Virus record (IMG/VR): IMGVR_UViG_2534681697_000024
Length of the DNA stretch: 8,949 nucleotides
From: a virus
Taxonomy: Duplodnaviria > Heunggongvirae > Uroviricota > Caudoviricetes
Reading direction: 5' to 3' (one strand)
The position numbers and the translations under genes were made by a program. The notes below the pieces were generated by a model. That model was not told the origin of the DNA and searched no databases. It worked only from the letters and a program-made list of their open reading frames with translations. This document shows, one piece after another, positions 1 to 7,796 of this stretch; position 1 is the stretch's first letter, and the number at the start of each line of letters is the position of its first letter.

Positions 1-475
<475 letters not shown>

Positions 476-1873
476 ATGCCGCGCACTGTAACACATAATC
501 CGGATAGCCCCAATAATGACGATGTTTTAGCCGCATCTGAAAAATGGGACGCCTGTAAACCCCCCTATACCAGCGCACACATGAAAATCTGTGTTGCTGC
601 CGCCAAAATCATCCTCGCTGCTTCCGGCGTGGCTCGCCGTTCCAAATACGAAAAAGAGAACTATCTCCGTATCGATTTCAGCAAAGCCGGTAAGGTTACA
701 TTTTACGCCGAGTTTCCAAAAAAGATGGGCCTCAAAGGTAAAAAGCTCGGCGAGTGGCCGGAGCTCGCTATCCAGCTGGCGCGCGAAAAAGCACTAGGTA
801 TGGCTGACGGTGGACTGTGGGCAGAGTCCGTACATGCAGCGCTGGAAATGTACCGGGATGACCTCAAAGCCAAAGTAGCCCGGCAGAAGCTGAGCCCGGA
901 CAGTTTCACAACCTACGGGGTGCGTATCGACCGGATTAAAGCAACGTTCGGCGAGCGTGAGGTGTTCAGCGACGTAACATACAATCGGCTGGTGGAAGTG
1001 CTGGACGAGTGGATCGCCACTCGCTCGAACAATAACGCCCTGGAGTTGTTTGCCGAGCTCCGTCGGTTCTGGAAGTTCTGCGCACCTACTCTTTGCAACG
1101 GCCGCAATGTTGCCGCCAGTCTGCCAGATGATTATGTTTCCTCCCGCGCACAGAAACCTACCCCCACACGGCTTTTTACCGATATTGAATCAATCGCCCG
1201 ACTCTGGCTCAATGTTGCTGCCTGCACCTCTGTACACCAGAAGAATGCTGTTCGCTTCATGATCATCACTGGTGTTCGTCCGATTAATGTCCATAACCTG
1301 CGCTGGGACTACGTTTACGAGGAGGCTGGTGAAATTGTTTATCCGGAAGGGGTTATCGGCATGCGAGGGGCTATGAAAACACAAAAGGCTTTCCGCCTGC
1401 CGATAACGCCTGAGATCCGGCGGATTATCGACGAGCAGAAAGCTTGGCGTGATTCAGTTCCTGAGTGCAACAGGGATTATGTATTTTTGCAGCCACGTGA
1501 TCCAATGCAGCCATTTTCAAAACGATCACTGGATAAGCTGGTGAAAACATACAGCCCGGACGGGGCTGTAAAAGGAATAAAACATGATGGGACTGTTAAA
1601 GGGAAAGACGGTGCATTTAATACGATGTGCCGTAAATTCCTTAAGAGCAATGTTATTGCCTTGATGAAGGAAAGAGGCTATTCCCGCTCAGACCGAAGGG
1701 AAATCAGCCTCCTTTGCCTTCACCACTCCAGCAAGTCAGATGACCCGATGGCAGAACATTACGACTTTTCTGATGAGATTTTACAGGAAGAGATTGCGTT
1801 GAAGCGCGAAGCTTTCGAGGCTCACGAGCGGAGCATACTTGCGCAGGTGGCATTGCTACGGCGGCGAGGTTAA
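476..1873 (+). CDS. int: Tyrosine site-specific integrase, P4-like family (465 aa from ATG 476; ORF track opens at TTG 470)
   Basis: AAGGA (465-469) 6 nt before ATG 476; arm-binding-like N-terminal region (YLRIDFSKAGKVTFYAEF); catalytic-core-like segments MIITGVRPINVHNLRWDYV, AMKTQKAFRLPIT, LCLHHSSKSDDPMAEHY. Unusual 50-aa N-terminal leader, so start is uncertain (alternative ATG 578 has no SD). Confidence 0.8.
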   Translation: MPRTVTHNPDSPNNDDVLAASEKWDACKPPYTSAHMKICVAAAKIILAASGVARRSKYEKENYLRIDFSKAGKVTFYAEFPKKMGLKGKKLGEWPELAIQLAREKALGMADGGLWAESVHAALEMYRDDLKAKVARQKLSPDSFTTYGVRIDRIKATFGEREVFSDVTYNRLVEVLDEWIATRSNNNALELFAELRRFWKFCAPTLCNGRNVAASLPDDYVSSRAQKPTPTRLFTDIESIARLWLNVAACTSVHQKNAVRFMIITGVRPINVHNLRWDYVYEEAGEIVYPEGVIGMRGAMKTQKAFRLPITPEIRRIIDEQKAWRDSVPECNRDYVFLQPRDPMQPFSKRSLDKLVKTYSPDGAVKGIKHDGTVKGKDGAFNTMCRKFLKSNVIALMKERGYSRSDRREISLLCLHHSSKSDDPMAEHYDFSDEILQEEIALKREAFEAHERSILAQVALLRRRG

Positions 1874-2070
1874 TACTGGCTGCGACATTTTTGAATAAAA
1901 GCGTCGACATTTCGGCGCTCATAACGAACCACTTTTGCACTGAAACGAATTGGTGCCAGGATAGCCCGATGACGATGCTTAATATTCCACTCACATAGTG
2001 TTTTCTGTGTAATACCTAATTTTTGGCATACTTCATCCGGGGTGAGTAAATCGTCGGGTTTCTCGCTCAT
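1870..2070 (-). CDS. AlpA/Xis-family small DNA-binding protein (excisionase-like), 66 aa
   Basis: ATG at 2070-2068 with AGAGG SD inside the 3' end of the upstream gene; LLTPDEVCQKLGITQKTLCEW...PIRFSAKVVRYERRNVDAFI fits the AlpA/excisionase HTH pattern; start overlaps the stop of the 533-aa gene (ATGA). Confidence 0.75.
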   Translation of the reverse strand: MSEKPDDLLTPDEVCQKLGITQKTLCEWNIKHRHRAILAPIRFSAKVVRYERRNVDAFIQKCRSQY

Positions 2071-3668
2071 GCTATACCTCTCTTTTTCATGGCATCGAGC
2101 AGGATGTCCTGCACTGTTCGTTTTGAGTTGCGCTGCTCCATCACCATTTCGTCCATAGTGTCGGCAGCAATAATGTGGTGAATAAATACCGGACGATTGT
2201 GTCCGGCCTGTATCTGTCTGGTTGGGCCGATACGTTCAATAATTTGCTGATATTGCTCCAGGTCCCACCAGTGTGAGAAAAATACCAGTATATATCCGCC
2301 GTCCTGCATGTTCAGACCGTGGCCCGCGCTGGCTGGGTGTGCAAAGAGAACAGGAATCTTTCCGGAATTCCAGTCACGTAGTGTCTGTGGATCCTGGTCG
2401 AGGTGACGACCGCGAGGAAATGCTTTAAGCAAGCGTTCAAGATCGTGTTTCCAGTGATAAGCAACCAGCACAGGTGCGCCAGCTGCTTCGGTCAGTATGC
2501 TGTCCAGCGCCTGTAGTTTGGTGTCATGCAGTTCTGACCAACTTCCGGCGTCGTCTGTGTATACTGCGCCACTGGCGATTTGCAGACACTTCAGTGTCTT
2601 TGCCGCGGCGTTCGGTGCTTCGATGCCTTCGTCTATTTGTTCCTGTTTTAGTGAAGGGCGGGGAAGATTCTGGGGCTGGAATAGCCGTCCGGCCCAACGA
2701 CCGGTACGTGACGCCCCGCAGAACTGTAGCGTACCGCGTAAGCGCCCGTCGTGGCTTACGCCTTTCATCAGTGCCTTGTATTTACTGGTGCTGGTAGTAC
2801 TGGCCTGCAGGCGGATAGCCAGCATTTCTTTCACGGCAGATGGTAAATCGGGGTCGGCTATACGACGTTCTAGGGTACTGCGTTGCATGTCTGGTAGCTC
2901 CACACCGTAGGATTCAACGATGTGCTTAATCAACGCGTCCCGTTGTGTGGCTGCCTGCACTTCGCCATCAGTCATTTCCTGTGTACGCTTTGCCAGGCGC
3001 TTTTGCTCCTGGTCTACCGCTTCGATCGCAGCGCGCGCGAGTTGCATGTCCATGCAGACGCCCCGGTCGTTGATCTGCTGATCACGATGCCAGAGCGCCA
3101 GTTCTGTCCCCTGATAATTCCACTTCGGCAGACGGTTATAGACTTCGCGCATTGCCTCGATATCCAGTCCGGCGTAAGCAACAAAGCGCCGCCATTCTTC
3201 CGGGTGGGTTTTGCTGGTGGCCCGGCGCAGTTTGCTGTTTTTCGGGCGTGGCTTACAGAACAGCTGGATCAGCGCTTTACCTTCTTTGTCCTTCGCTTTG
3301 TCTTGCGGGACGCCTAGTACTTCGCAGAGTTCCCCCAGAGACCCCGGGAGACCGTGCGCCAGCGCCTGCACCATTGTGTCGCGCCAACGTTCGACTGGCG
3401 GTGCCAGGCGCGGCATTGCATAACGCAGGACGGTGCGGTCGAAGTGAGAGTTATGAAAATAAAGCAGGGTTTCAGGGGCTGCGATTGCTTCATATAAGCC
3501 GTGTGGAATACCACCACCGGCAGTGATATCCCACACGTTTACGGGCCCGTCGTTGATAGCCCATGCGAACAGCATCACTTCAACGCCTTCGGCATACGCA
3601 TGGGTACCGTTCGTAATAGGGATTTCGCAATAGGTTTCCAGGTCGCCCCAGAGAATGTTTTCAGACAA
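2067..3668 (-). CDS. Chimeric 533-aa protein: N-terminal T7/PolA-type DEDDy 3'-5' exonuclease, central PolA-like segment, C-terminal SNF2-like helicase C domain; function unknown
   Basis: TTG start at 3668 with GGAGGA SD 7 nt upstream. Exo I DLET (aa 9-12), Exo II FHNSHFD (71-77), Exo III YAGLD (165-169); TGRWAGRLFQPQNLP (322-336) has the spacing of the PolA TGRLSSxxPNLQNIP motif; LFAHPASAGHGLNMQ (441-455) and WWDLEQYQQIIERIGPTRQ (467-485) resemble helicase motifs V/VI. No GxxGxGK[ST] Walker A, no PolA motif B or C. Confidence 0.85.
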   Translation of the reverse strand: MSENILWGDLETYCEIPITNGTHAYAEGVEVMLFAWAINDGPVNVWDITAGGGIPHGLYEAIAAPETLLYFHNSHFDRTVLRYAMPRLAPPVERWRDTMVQALAHGLPGSLGELCEVLGVPQDKAKDKEGKALIQLFCKPRPKNSKLRRATSKTHPEEWRRFVAYAGLDIEAMREVYNRLPKWNYQGTELALWHRDQQINDRGVCMDMQLARAAIEAVDQEQKRLAKRTQEMTDGEVQAATQRDALIKHIVESYGVELPDMQRSTLERRIADPDLPSAVKEMLAIRLQASTTSTSKYKALMKGVSHDGRLRGTLQFCGASRTGRWAGRLFQPQNLPRPSLKQEQIDEGIEAPNAAAKTLKCLQIASGAVYTDDAGSWSELHDTKLQALDSILTEAAGAPVLVAYHWKHDLERLLKAFPRGRHLDQDPQTLRDWNSGKIPVLFAHPASAGHGLNMQDGGYILVFFSHWWDLEQYQQIIERIGPTRQIQAGHNRPVFIHHIIAADTMDEMVMEQRNSKRTVQDILLDAMKKRGIA

Positions 3669-3696
3669 GACAGGGTCCTCCGTGGACTAAACGGTG

Positions 3697-3723
3697 ATAA
3701 AAAGCCCCTGGCTGAGCAGGGGC
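3697..3723 (-). terminator. Rho-independent terminator/attenuator between the Bro-N gene and the 533-aa gene (minus strand)
   Basis: Perfect 7-bp GC-rich stem GCCCCTG (3704-3710) / CAGGGGC (3717-3723), 6-nt loop, followed on the minus strand by TTTTTAT (complement of 3697-3703). Confidence 0.5.
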
Positions 3724-3734
3724 GGATTGAATGA

Positions 3735-4511
3735 TTAACGAGGTAAAGTGGGTGGAATATATCTGCCGATGCGGTCTTCTATGGTCGGCAGAGCACACAT
3801 GCTGTCGCTGAAGCGATCATGCAACCGGTAAACCAGTTTCGAATCCATTTTTTCGAGAGCTGGCATTAATTGCGCCTGCCAGATTTCATTAATACGTCGG
3901 AAGTTATGACAGATGGCGCGGAGATTGTTGATGAACATTTCCTTCTCTGCGTCAGTGACTTCTGTCTTCGCTTTCTGAATACGCTTTGTACAGCCGTTCC
4001 GGTAGAAGCGATCCTGCGCAGCGACAGCCTCATCCACGGTTGGATAGCACCCTACGTAAACGCTTTTCTCTCCGTTCCATGCGTAGGCTCTGTACGGGTT
4101 GTATTTGCTCCGGTGATGGTAAACCATCTTCGGCAGACACTCCCTGTGCGGCGCCAGTACCGTGGAGGACTGCGGAATAGCGGTTTCTTTCTCTATAAGA
4201 TCAAGCACCCAACGGCGAAATTCTTTTGCTACCGGCGTTGTTGCGAACATCGCTACCAGGTGGGCACCGCGTAGGGAGAAAATACGCACATCTTTTTCTC
4301 GTAAGCTATTGTTGATCCCGTTGAACCTCATTTTGAGGTTGATTGACATGCAAGGAGTAAACTCATCCGAGTTGCGGTTGTATATCTGGGTGATTTTATC
4401 GCCGCGCGAATATTCCAGTGCAGTAGCCAAAGTCGCGGCGGTGAACCACTGCTTACCGTTGTGTTCGATCGTTTCGAGAACGTGGGATTTGAATACGGGT
4501 TGAGTACTCAT
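3735..4511 (-). CDS. Bro-N (antirepressor-like) N-terminal domain fused to an AP2-like DNA-binding domain, 258 aa from ATG 4511
   Basis: ATG at 4511-4509 with AAGGA SD 9 nt upstream; Bro-N-like WFTAATLATALEYS...IFSLRGAHLVAMFATTPVAKEFRRWVLDLIEK; AP2-like YRAYAWNGEKSVYVGCYPTVDEAVAAQDRFY. The ORF-track extension to 4628 is very basic, lacks an SD and overlaps the IS91 end. Confidence 0.75.
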   Translation of the reverse strand: MSTQPVFKSHVLETIEHNGKQWFTAATLATALEYSRGDKITQIYNRNSDEFTPCMSINLKMRFNGINNSLREKDVRIFSLRGAHLVAMFATTPVAKEFRRWVLDLIEKETAIPQSSTVLAPHRECLPKMVYHHRSKYNPYRAYAWNGEKSVYVGCYPTVDEAVAAQDRFYRNGCTKRIQKAKTEVTDAEKEMFINNLRAICHNFRRINEIWQAQLMPALEKMDSKLVYRLHDRFSDSMCALPTIEDRIGRYIPPTLPR

Positions 4512-4697
4512 AGTTTTATGTCCTTGACGTATAGGAAATTGAAAAACCAGACGATACCGCTGTCCACGCCTTATGCCACGTGAGCTTTTCTGCTTTTCCC
4601 TCCACTCCGGTGTTTTCTCTCTCTGCATGGTCGGTTTTTATACAGTAACAGGCTGTTTTTTATACTTGCACCGATTCCCGGGCACACTTAGCCTGTG

Positions 4698-5906
4698 TCA
4701 GGCCGGCATATACCTCAGCAGACTGATATCCCGCGCGTTTTTCTTCAGCCCCTCCACATTCAGTCCCGCGATGGCCCGGCGGTATACCATCCGGCCGCCA
4801 CACAGCTCGCATTCGAACGGGTCACGACTCAGGAACTGTTTCACCATTTGTGCATAGCACACTTTCGCCACTGGTTCCGGTTTATCCATCCCCAGAGCAC
4901 GGTACACCTGCGGCAGCTTCTCTCCACACACCCGGTTGGCAAGGAACCCGAAGTATCTCACCATCTTAAAAAACTTCTCCGGGATGTGCTGTTTCAGCCT
5001 CGCGACCAGCTCACGCTGTGTCAGCGTTTCCGTCGCCGTTTCTCCCGTTTTGTGGTCCAGGTAACGGAAGCTCAGGCTCGCCCCTCCGTTGTAATGTGCC
5101 AGCCGGGAGGCCGCTATCGGCGGCTTCTTCAGATAACGACCCAGGTAGCGCGCCGTATTCCTCCCGCCGGCCGTTTTTTTCGACATGTACACATGCCAGT
5201 ATTTTCCTCCGGCTTTCAGCACCAGGCTTCTCCACTGTGATTCCGTCGTGATATGTGACAACGACTCCGGCATCGCCAGCCCCTCTGACCACGCTTTCAG
5301 AAGCAGCTGCCGCATATTCCACATCCACCGTGAACGCATCGCGTCTTTCAGGAAGCTCAGCTTTTTCCACTGACCATGCTTATTCAGACCTCCACAGGTT
5401 ACAGACACATGTACATGCGGATGCCAGTTGAGACGACGGCCATACGTGTGGATGGCGCAGAAGATACCGGGTTCCTGCCCCCGTTTCCGGGCGGCATACA
5501 GCAGATTCTCCACCGCCAGACGGCACACGTCATTCAGCAGCCACCGGTTGCTTTCGAACACCGGCCACAGCGTGTCCGGCAGGGTGAAGACCAGGTGTAC
5601 CCAGTCGCAGTCAGGAAGACGATTCAGCTGTGTCGCTATCCACAGGTCTGTGGCCTTTTTTCCGCAGGACGGGCAGGCACGGCTGCCGCATGAGTTAGTG
5701 ACGTATCTGACGTGGGGGCACTCAGGTTTATCGCAGTTGTATTCCTTCACGCCCAGTATCCGCGTGCCGCAGGCCAGCATTTTGGTGACAGCCTCAACCT
5801 CGATATCGCGCAGACCGCCCGCATCCAGGAAGGACGTCCAGCACTGGTTGGCTGTGAACAGGCGTTTCAGCGGTCGGGGCTGAAAATCACCACCACTTCG
5901 GGTCAT
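4698..5906 (-). CDS. tnpA: IS91-family HUH transposase, 402 aa
   Basis: N-terminal Cys cluster (CDKPECPHVRYVTNSCGSRACPSCGKK), HUH-type motif HPHVHVSV, paired tyrosines ARYLGRYLKKPP. Confidence 0.9.
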   Translation of the reverse strand: MTRSGGDFQPRPLKRLFTANQCWTSFLDAGGLRDIEVEAVTKMLACGTRILGVKEYNCDKPECPHVRYVTNSCGSRACPSCGKKATDLWIATQLNRLPDCDWVHLVFTLPDTLWPVFESNRWLLNDVCRLAVENLLYAARKRGQEPGIFCAIHTYGRRLNWHPHVHVSVTCGGLNKHGQWKKLSFLKDAMRSRWMWNMRQLLLKAWSEGLAMPESLSHITTESQWRSLVLKAGGKYWHVYMSKKTAGGRNTARYLGRYLKKPPIAASRLAHYNGGASLSFRYLDHKTGETATETLTQRELVARLKQHIPEKFFKMVRYFGFLANRVCGEKLPQVYRALGMDKPEPVAKVCYAQMVKQFLSRDPFECELCGGRMVYRRAIAGLNVEGLKKNARDISLLRYMPA

Positions 5907-6159
5907 CCGCCTTCATCTCCGCTTCTGTTTCGTATAAATCAAAACGACGGCAGGTATGGCAGAACGTGACGTATTCGTACGGTGAATCCGGGTACATTTT
6001 GTGGAAGGTTTCCCAGAAACAGACCGTGCAGGAGGGATGACCGGTGATAAAGTCTGCAAATACGGACTTATAAGGGTGATTATTGGCTCTGGCGACGGCT
6101 TTCAGAACCTCTTTCACCATTCTGGTGTGGACTTTCTGGTGCTCCAGGTTGTGTGACAT
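5887..6159 (-). CDS. Small Cys/His-rich ORF upstream of and overlapping IS91 tnpA (90 aa); possible IS91 accessory ORF
   Basis: ATG at 6159-6157; overlaps tnpA start by 20 nt; HPSCTVCFWETFH...FCHTCRR metal-binding-like pattern; position matches the small upstream ORF of IS91-type elements; weak SD. Confidence 0.4.
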   Translation of the reverse strand: MSHNLEHQKVHTRMVKEVLKAVARANNHPYKSVFADFITGHPSCTVCFWETFHKMYPDSPYEYVTFCHTCRRFDLYETEAEMKADDPKWW

Positions 6160-6512
6160 GGGAACTCATTCTGGATGGTTACTCTGAAAGCTCATATTCT
6201 GCCACACCCCGATTTGCAGCCGCCAGGCTGCCGTGGTTCTATTTTTGTTCAGAATCCCTGTGTTCAGCAGGGCGGTCAGGTACTTGAACACCGCATACAA
6301 GAACGGCCCGTATCCTTAGCCTTTCGGCTGTTTTTCGGTATACGCGCTACCCGACCATATCTGAAAATGGACATAAAAAATCCGCATGACTGACGGGCGC
6401 GGTTTCCGCTTGTATAGGTGTGTTCAGCACCATGAAGCGGAATATAGCCCCGTTAATGCGGTGTTGTCAAATCATGTAGGCCTTATCTTGCTGTAAGCCG
6501 CGCCATTCGGGC

Positions 6513-6534
6513 TTTTCCCCACATTTGGGGAAAA
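6513..6534 (-). terminator. Hairpin just downstream of the antirepressor-remnant stop; possible terminator
   Basis: Perfect 8-bp inverted repeat TTTTCCCC (6513-6520) / GGGGAAAA (6527-6534) with 6-nt spacer, 15 nt beyond the stop at 6549; no clean trailing U-tract. Confidence 0.3.
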
Positions 6535-6548
6535 CTATCTTGTCAAAA

Positions 6549-7109
6549 TCATGCAGCCTTTCGCTCTCCTTCGATGAGTTCCTCTATTTTGTGCACTCCA
6601 GCCTCGTTGTACCGAAATGTTTCAACCTGCTTGTCACTGTGCGCCGATTTGTCGATGAACCACTTCCCGTACTTTTCTGTTTTGAGCATGTAGGTGTTGG
6701 CTATGCGTCCTACCTTGTTGGCTGAAATACCGTAGCGCTGGCCGACTTCCGTAGCAGAGTAGTAGTGCTCTGAGATAGCTGGCAGAGGAACAACATCGCG
6801 ACCAACAATCGGGGTGAACACTCCAGCTACTGCTGCCTGCTTTGATTCTGAGGACAGATTCGGGAACATATTCACCAGTCGATCCGCCACGTTCAAAGCT
6901 ATTTCCATGGCTCGCGCACGGTCTAGGCTACTTTCTGGTTGCGGTACTGGTTGAGGATGGTTGGCAACCTTTTCGCGCTGATTGAAGTAGCCGTCCTCCA
7001 GTTTTTCGAACACGTCCCATGCCTGATCGGTTTCGAGCATCTTCGCGTGACGGGCGGCTCCGCGCTCTGTCCAGAGGATGAGGTGGCGTGCATTTGGGGC
7101 AATTTTCAC
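6549..7109 (-). pseudogene. Antirepressor-like gene remnant (tail of a Bro-N-like domain + KilAC-like C-terminal domain), apparently 5'-truncated
   Basis: ORF begins at GTG 7109 with no SD; frame is open upstream to a stop at 7197-7199 with no start codon; only the last ~40 aa of a Bro-N-like domain (HLILWTERGAARHAKMLETDQAWDVFEKLEDGYF) followed by KilAC-like YSATEVGQRYGISANKVGRIANTYMLKTEKYGKWFIDK. Confidence 0.45.
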
Positions 7110-7224
7110 AAAGTAGTTTAAAGCTACTTTGTGTTTTAGCGCGCGCAGCTCGTCAGCGAGTTCAGATAAAAGAAATCTCCGCGAATGCGAGGATTGTTAT
7201 TCACCTTTGACGGCAAGTTGCAGG

Positions 7225-7653
7225 TTAGCCACGGTTAACCTCCTGCGGCGGTTCTGGTAGCTGCATCCAGTGGGTTACCTCTTTGAGATACAGGTCTTCG
7301 CCATCACCGTCATCCCAAGTGGGATTGCCATCATTAAACCAGTCGCCATATACGCCGACCTGAGTGTTGGGGATGTTTGGTGGGTAGTTGTTTTTAAAGT
7401 CAGCTGCTAACACATAGCATTGTCGCTCTCCCATTTCTGGCATTCGCTCACTACAGCTTATCCAACCATCCGGAATTACCGGAGAGTTGCCCGACATCTC
7501 ATTCAACTTGTAAGTCTGGCTTACAGGTTTGGCTTCCAGTTCAGCAAATTTACGCACCAGATATTCAGCGTTTGTTTCGTTAACCTTTAAATCTCGTGGG
7601 ATGCATTTACCTTTCAGAAATCCATCCATCTCAATTAGTGACATTTGTTTCAT
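7225..7653 (-). CDS. DUF551-family phage protein (about 142 aa from ATG 7653; ORF track opens at GTG 7671)
   Basis: C-terminal VTHWMQLPEPPQ and GWISCSERMPEMGERQCYVLA match the DUF551 signature (memory); GGAG 9 nt upstream of ATG 7653. Confidence 0.7.
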   Translation of the reverse strand: MKQMSLIEMDGFLKGKCIPRDLKVNETNAEYLVRKFAELEAKPVSQTYKLNEMSGNSPVIPDGWISCSERMPEMGERQCYVLAADFKNNYPPNIPNTQVGVYGDWFNDGNPTWDDGDGEDLYLKEVTHWMQLPEPPQEVNRG

Positions 7654-7796
7654 TTCTTCCCACTCCGCCACATAGCATTCAGATATTTGTTGTCATTAAC
7701 AGAACCGAAACTCTTTCTCTTAAGCAATTTCTTGAGGTAGCCTGAGTTTAACGGACACTCCTTCCTGAAATAGAATGGCATCAGAAGGAGCTAATA

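Larger units (their letters stand above)
4600..6450 (-). mobile_element. IS91-family insertion sequence (HUH rolling-circle type); boundaries approximate
   Basis: Contains an IS91-family transposase and an upstream small ORF; expected size about 1.8 kb; paired TTTTTATAC motifs at 4635-4643 and 4657-4665 just 3' of tnpA may be the ori-end signal (from memory). Exact ends not determinable. Confidence 0.55.

Noticed and set aside
1704-1994. 96-aa minus-strand ORF spanning the integrase 3' end and the AlpA gene
   Set aside because: Antisense to the integrase and out of frame with the well-supported AlpA-like ORF; no SD or motif support
2067-3668. Reading the 533-aa protein as a complete family-A DNA polymerase
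   Set aside because: Only the exonuclease motifs and the TGR...QNLP segment are present; the motif A Asp is not conserved and I could find neither motif B (R...K...FG..YG) nor motif C (HDE); the C-terminus matches helicase motifs V/VI instead
2474-3734. Several plus-strand ORFs (2474..2797, 2497..2910, 2922..3317, 3152..3526, 3211..3423, 3501..3734) and minus ORF 3314..3517
   Set aside because: All lie inside or antisense to the 533-aa gene, which has coherent domain motifs across its whole length; their Arg/Cys/Ser-rich composition is typical of wrong-frame translation
4512-4628. Upstream extension of the Bro-N ORF to ATG 4628
   Set aside because: No SD before 4628, the added 39 aa are highly basic and overlap the presumed IS91 end; ATG 4511 has an AAGGA SD
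4695-5969. Plus-strand ORFs overlapping IS91 tnpA (4695..5240, 5018..5251, 5185..5373, 5376..5693, 5428..5883, 5712..5969) and minus ORF 5011..5370
   Set aside because: Antisense or alternative-frame ORFs inside a transposase gene with clear conserved motifs; no independent support
6175-6725. Plus-strand ORFs 6175..6393 and 6525..6725
   Set aside because: No SD or recognisable motifs; the first lies in the presumed IS91 terminal region, the second is antisense to the antirepressor remnant
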